DNA of 62,952 nt, the filler included, from Rhabdomonas costata (Eukaryota): NCBI GenBank assembly GCA_019059605.1. It is 50 parts of 50 records of this genome, joined end to end, with 100 filler letters (N's around TTAATTAATTAA, not from the genome) between each part and the next. Parts side by side here need not be neighbours in the genome. Positions count along the whole stretch, not along the records: positions 61,793 to 62,952 come from JAHMHO010025638.1; 49 more parts are not named here. One strand, written 5' to 3'. Shown piece after piece: positions 61,811-62,952 of this stretch. The position numbers and the translations under genes are program-made. The notes under the pieces are model-generated. The model was not told the DNA's origin and searched no databases. It was given only the letters and a program-made list of their open reading frames with translations. Positions within the stretch are counted from its first letter, which is position 1. Every line of letters begins with the position of its first letter.

Positions 61811-62029
61811 ACGTACCGTCTGCAGGGTGCGATCTACCTCCTGGGGACTTCATGCTGGGGCCGCCACCGCCTGCCCCAGCTCTCGGGTTTTTTTAGCGTG
61901 GTCGTGGCGAGCCTGGTGCAGGCCACGGCGGTGGCTAACCCCGATGTCACCCTGGAGGTACTTCTGGCGACCAAGAAGCTGGTGCGCACCTTCGGCCCCG
62001 GAATGACAGAGTGGGGTGATACCCTGCAG
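61811..62029 (+). CDS. TSC2: Exon of tuberin (TSC2)-like protein, N-terminal region
   Basis: LQGAIYLLGTSCWGRHRLPQL...VVASLVQA...NPDVTLEVLLATKKLVRTFG...EW parallels tuberin LRGAVFFVGMALWGAHRL.SL...VL.SF.QA...NEVVSYEIVLSI.RL..KY. Exon is 219 nt, bounded by cag| and |gt. Confidence 0.75.
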
Positions 62030-62952
62030 GTGCTGGCACCTACCTACCTTCCTGCTTTTTTAGGGGTCCTGGGTTAGGATTGGGTTAACCCCAACGTAAT
62101 TGTGTGTGTGGGGGGGGATTGTGGTTCTGGGTATTGCATATCCCACACTTGGCATTGGCCGACACCAGCGCTGCCACTTGTTTTGGTTCTGTTTTTATGC
62201 GACTTCCGAGTTGTGGTTACCACCGTGGGTGAACCCTATTCCCAATTTTTGCGGATTTGACCACAAGTACTTACAACTCACGGGAGCGAGGGCTCTGTGG
62301 CAAACCCAGTTTTACAGGGTGGTGTCGGTGTGGGCTCGTTGGGGTTGAACCCTGGAACGCACCGCAGACACCGCGAACCCCCCCCCCCTCTTACAGGTTC
62401 TGCGGATTGGCTATGCGCAGCTCAAGCACTTCACTCAGACCCTGCGCGCCGCGAGGTCGGGGGGGTTGGGCAACTCCACCGTTCCTTTGGCCCAGCAAAA
62501 TATTGAGGTTGTGCCTTTTCTTCATATGCACACTCCCTTTCTGCGGGGTTGTTTCTCAACTCGATTGAGAGAGCATGACATACAATAATAAAGGTGCCAA
62601 CAATGTATTTGCAAGTACGTGCCATGGCAAGAGGGGAGGGGCAAGAGAGGGAGAATGCATCTGCAGTGGGGGGGCCTACGAAACCCTTTCCCAATATCAC
62701 CATTTGTTTACCATAGAGTCATTTTTTGGATTTAACTGACGAGAGTTGGTGTTAGGGATCGAGAACATTTCCCATACCTCTGCTGTTGGGCGGCTGAGTC
62801 CTGCAGTTCTCCACAAAAGAATCCTCACGTCATTGCTTCCTATCTATTTCATTTAGTGCGCAGGGGAGTGGGCGCAGAGAAGAGAAGACGCGCATGAAGG
62901 CATGGAACAAAGCACCAAGACGACAAACTGACATCCACACATACACACACAC

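Overview
This window is not contiguous DNA. It is 50 unrelated contigs of about 1.16 kb (1157-1165 bp), joined by 49 identical 100-nt artificial linkers (N44-TTAATTAATTAA-N44). Many contigs start with G/T-only and end with C/A-only bases, and five carry near-copies of the GenomePlex WGA primer, so the source is probably a whole-genome-amplified, highly fragmented draft. The DNA is from an intron-rich eukaryote with GC-rich exons and mostly GT-AG introns; a euglenid/euglenozoan is my inference and is not proven. Recognisable exons: AMP-deaminase-like, pyruvate kinase, Aquarius, SPT6, exportin-1, RRP40, MTHFR, MutY, dPGM, a group II PLP decarboxylase, a PTB/hnRNP-L RRM, a diflavin reductase, a carotenoid-desaturase/RetSat-like oxidoreductase, a PqiA-like membrane protein and TSC2. 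There are also decayed CRE-clade retrotransposons and a probable Helitron Rep fragment. Two signals stand out. (1) Eight contigs carry a perfect 16-85 bp inverted repeat with a 34-286 nt spacer, always running into the contig end; these are either real foldback elements or WGA snap-back chimeras. (2) Several introns have base-paired ends, including a candidate non-GT intron in SPT6 and a GC-AG intron, as in euglenid nonconventional/intermediate introns. Protein identifications are motif recognition from memory, not database searches.
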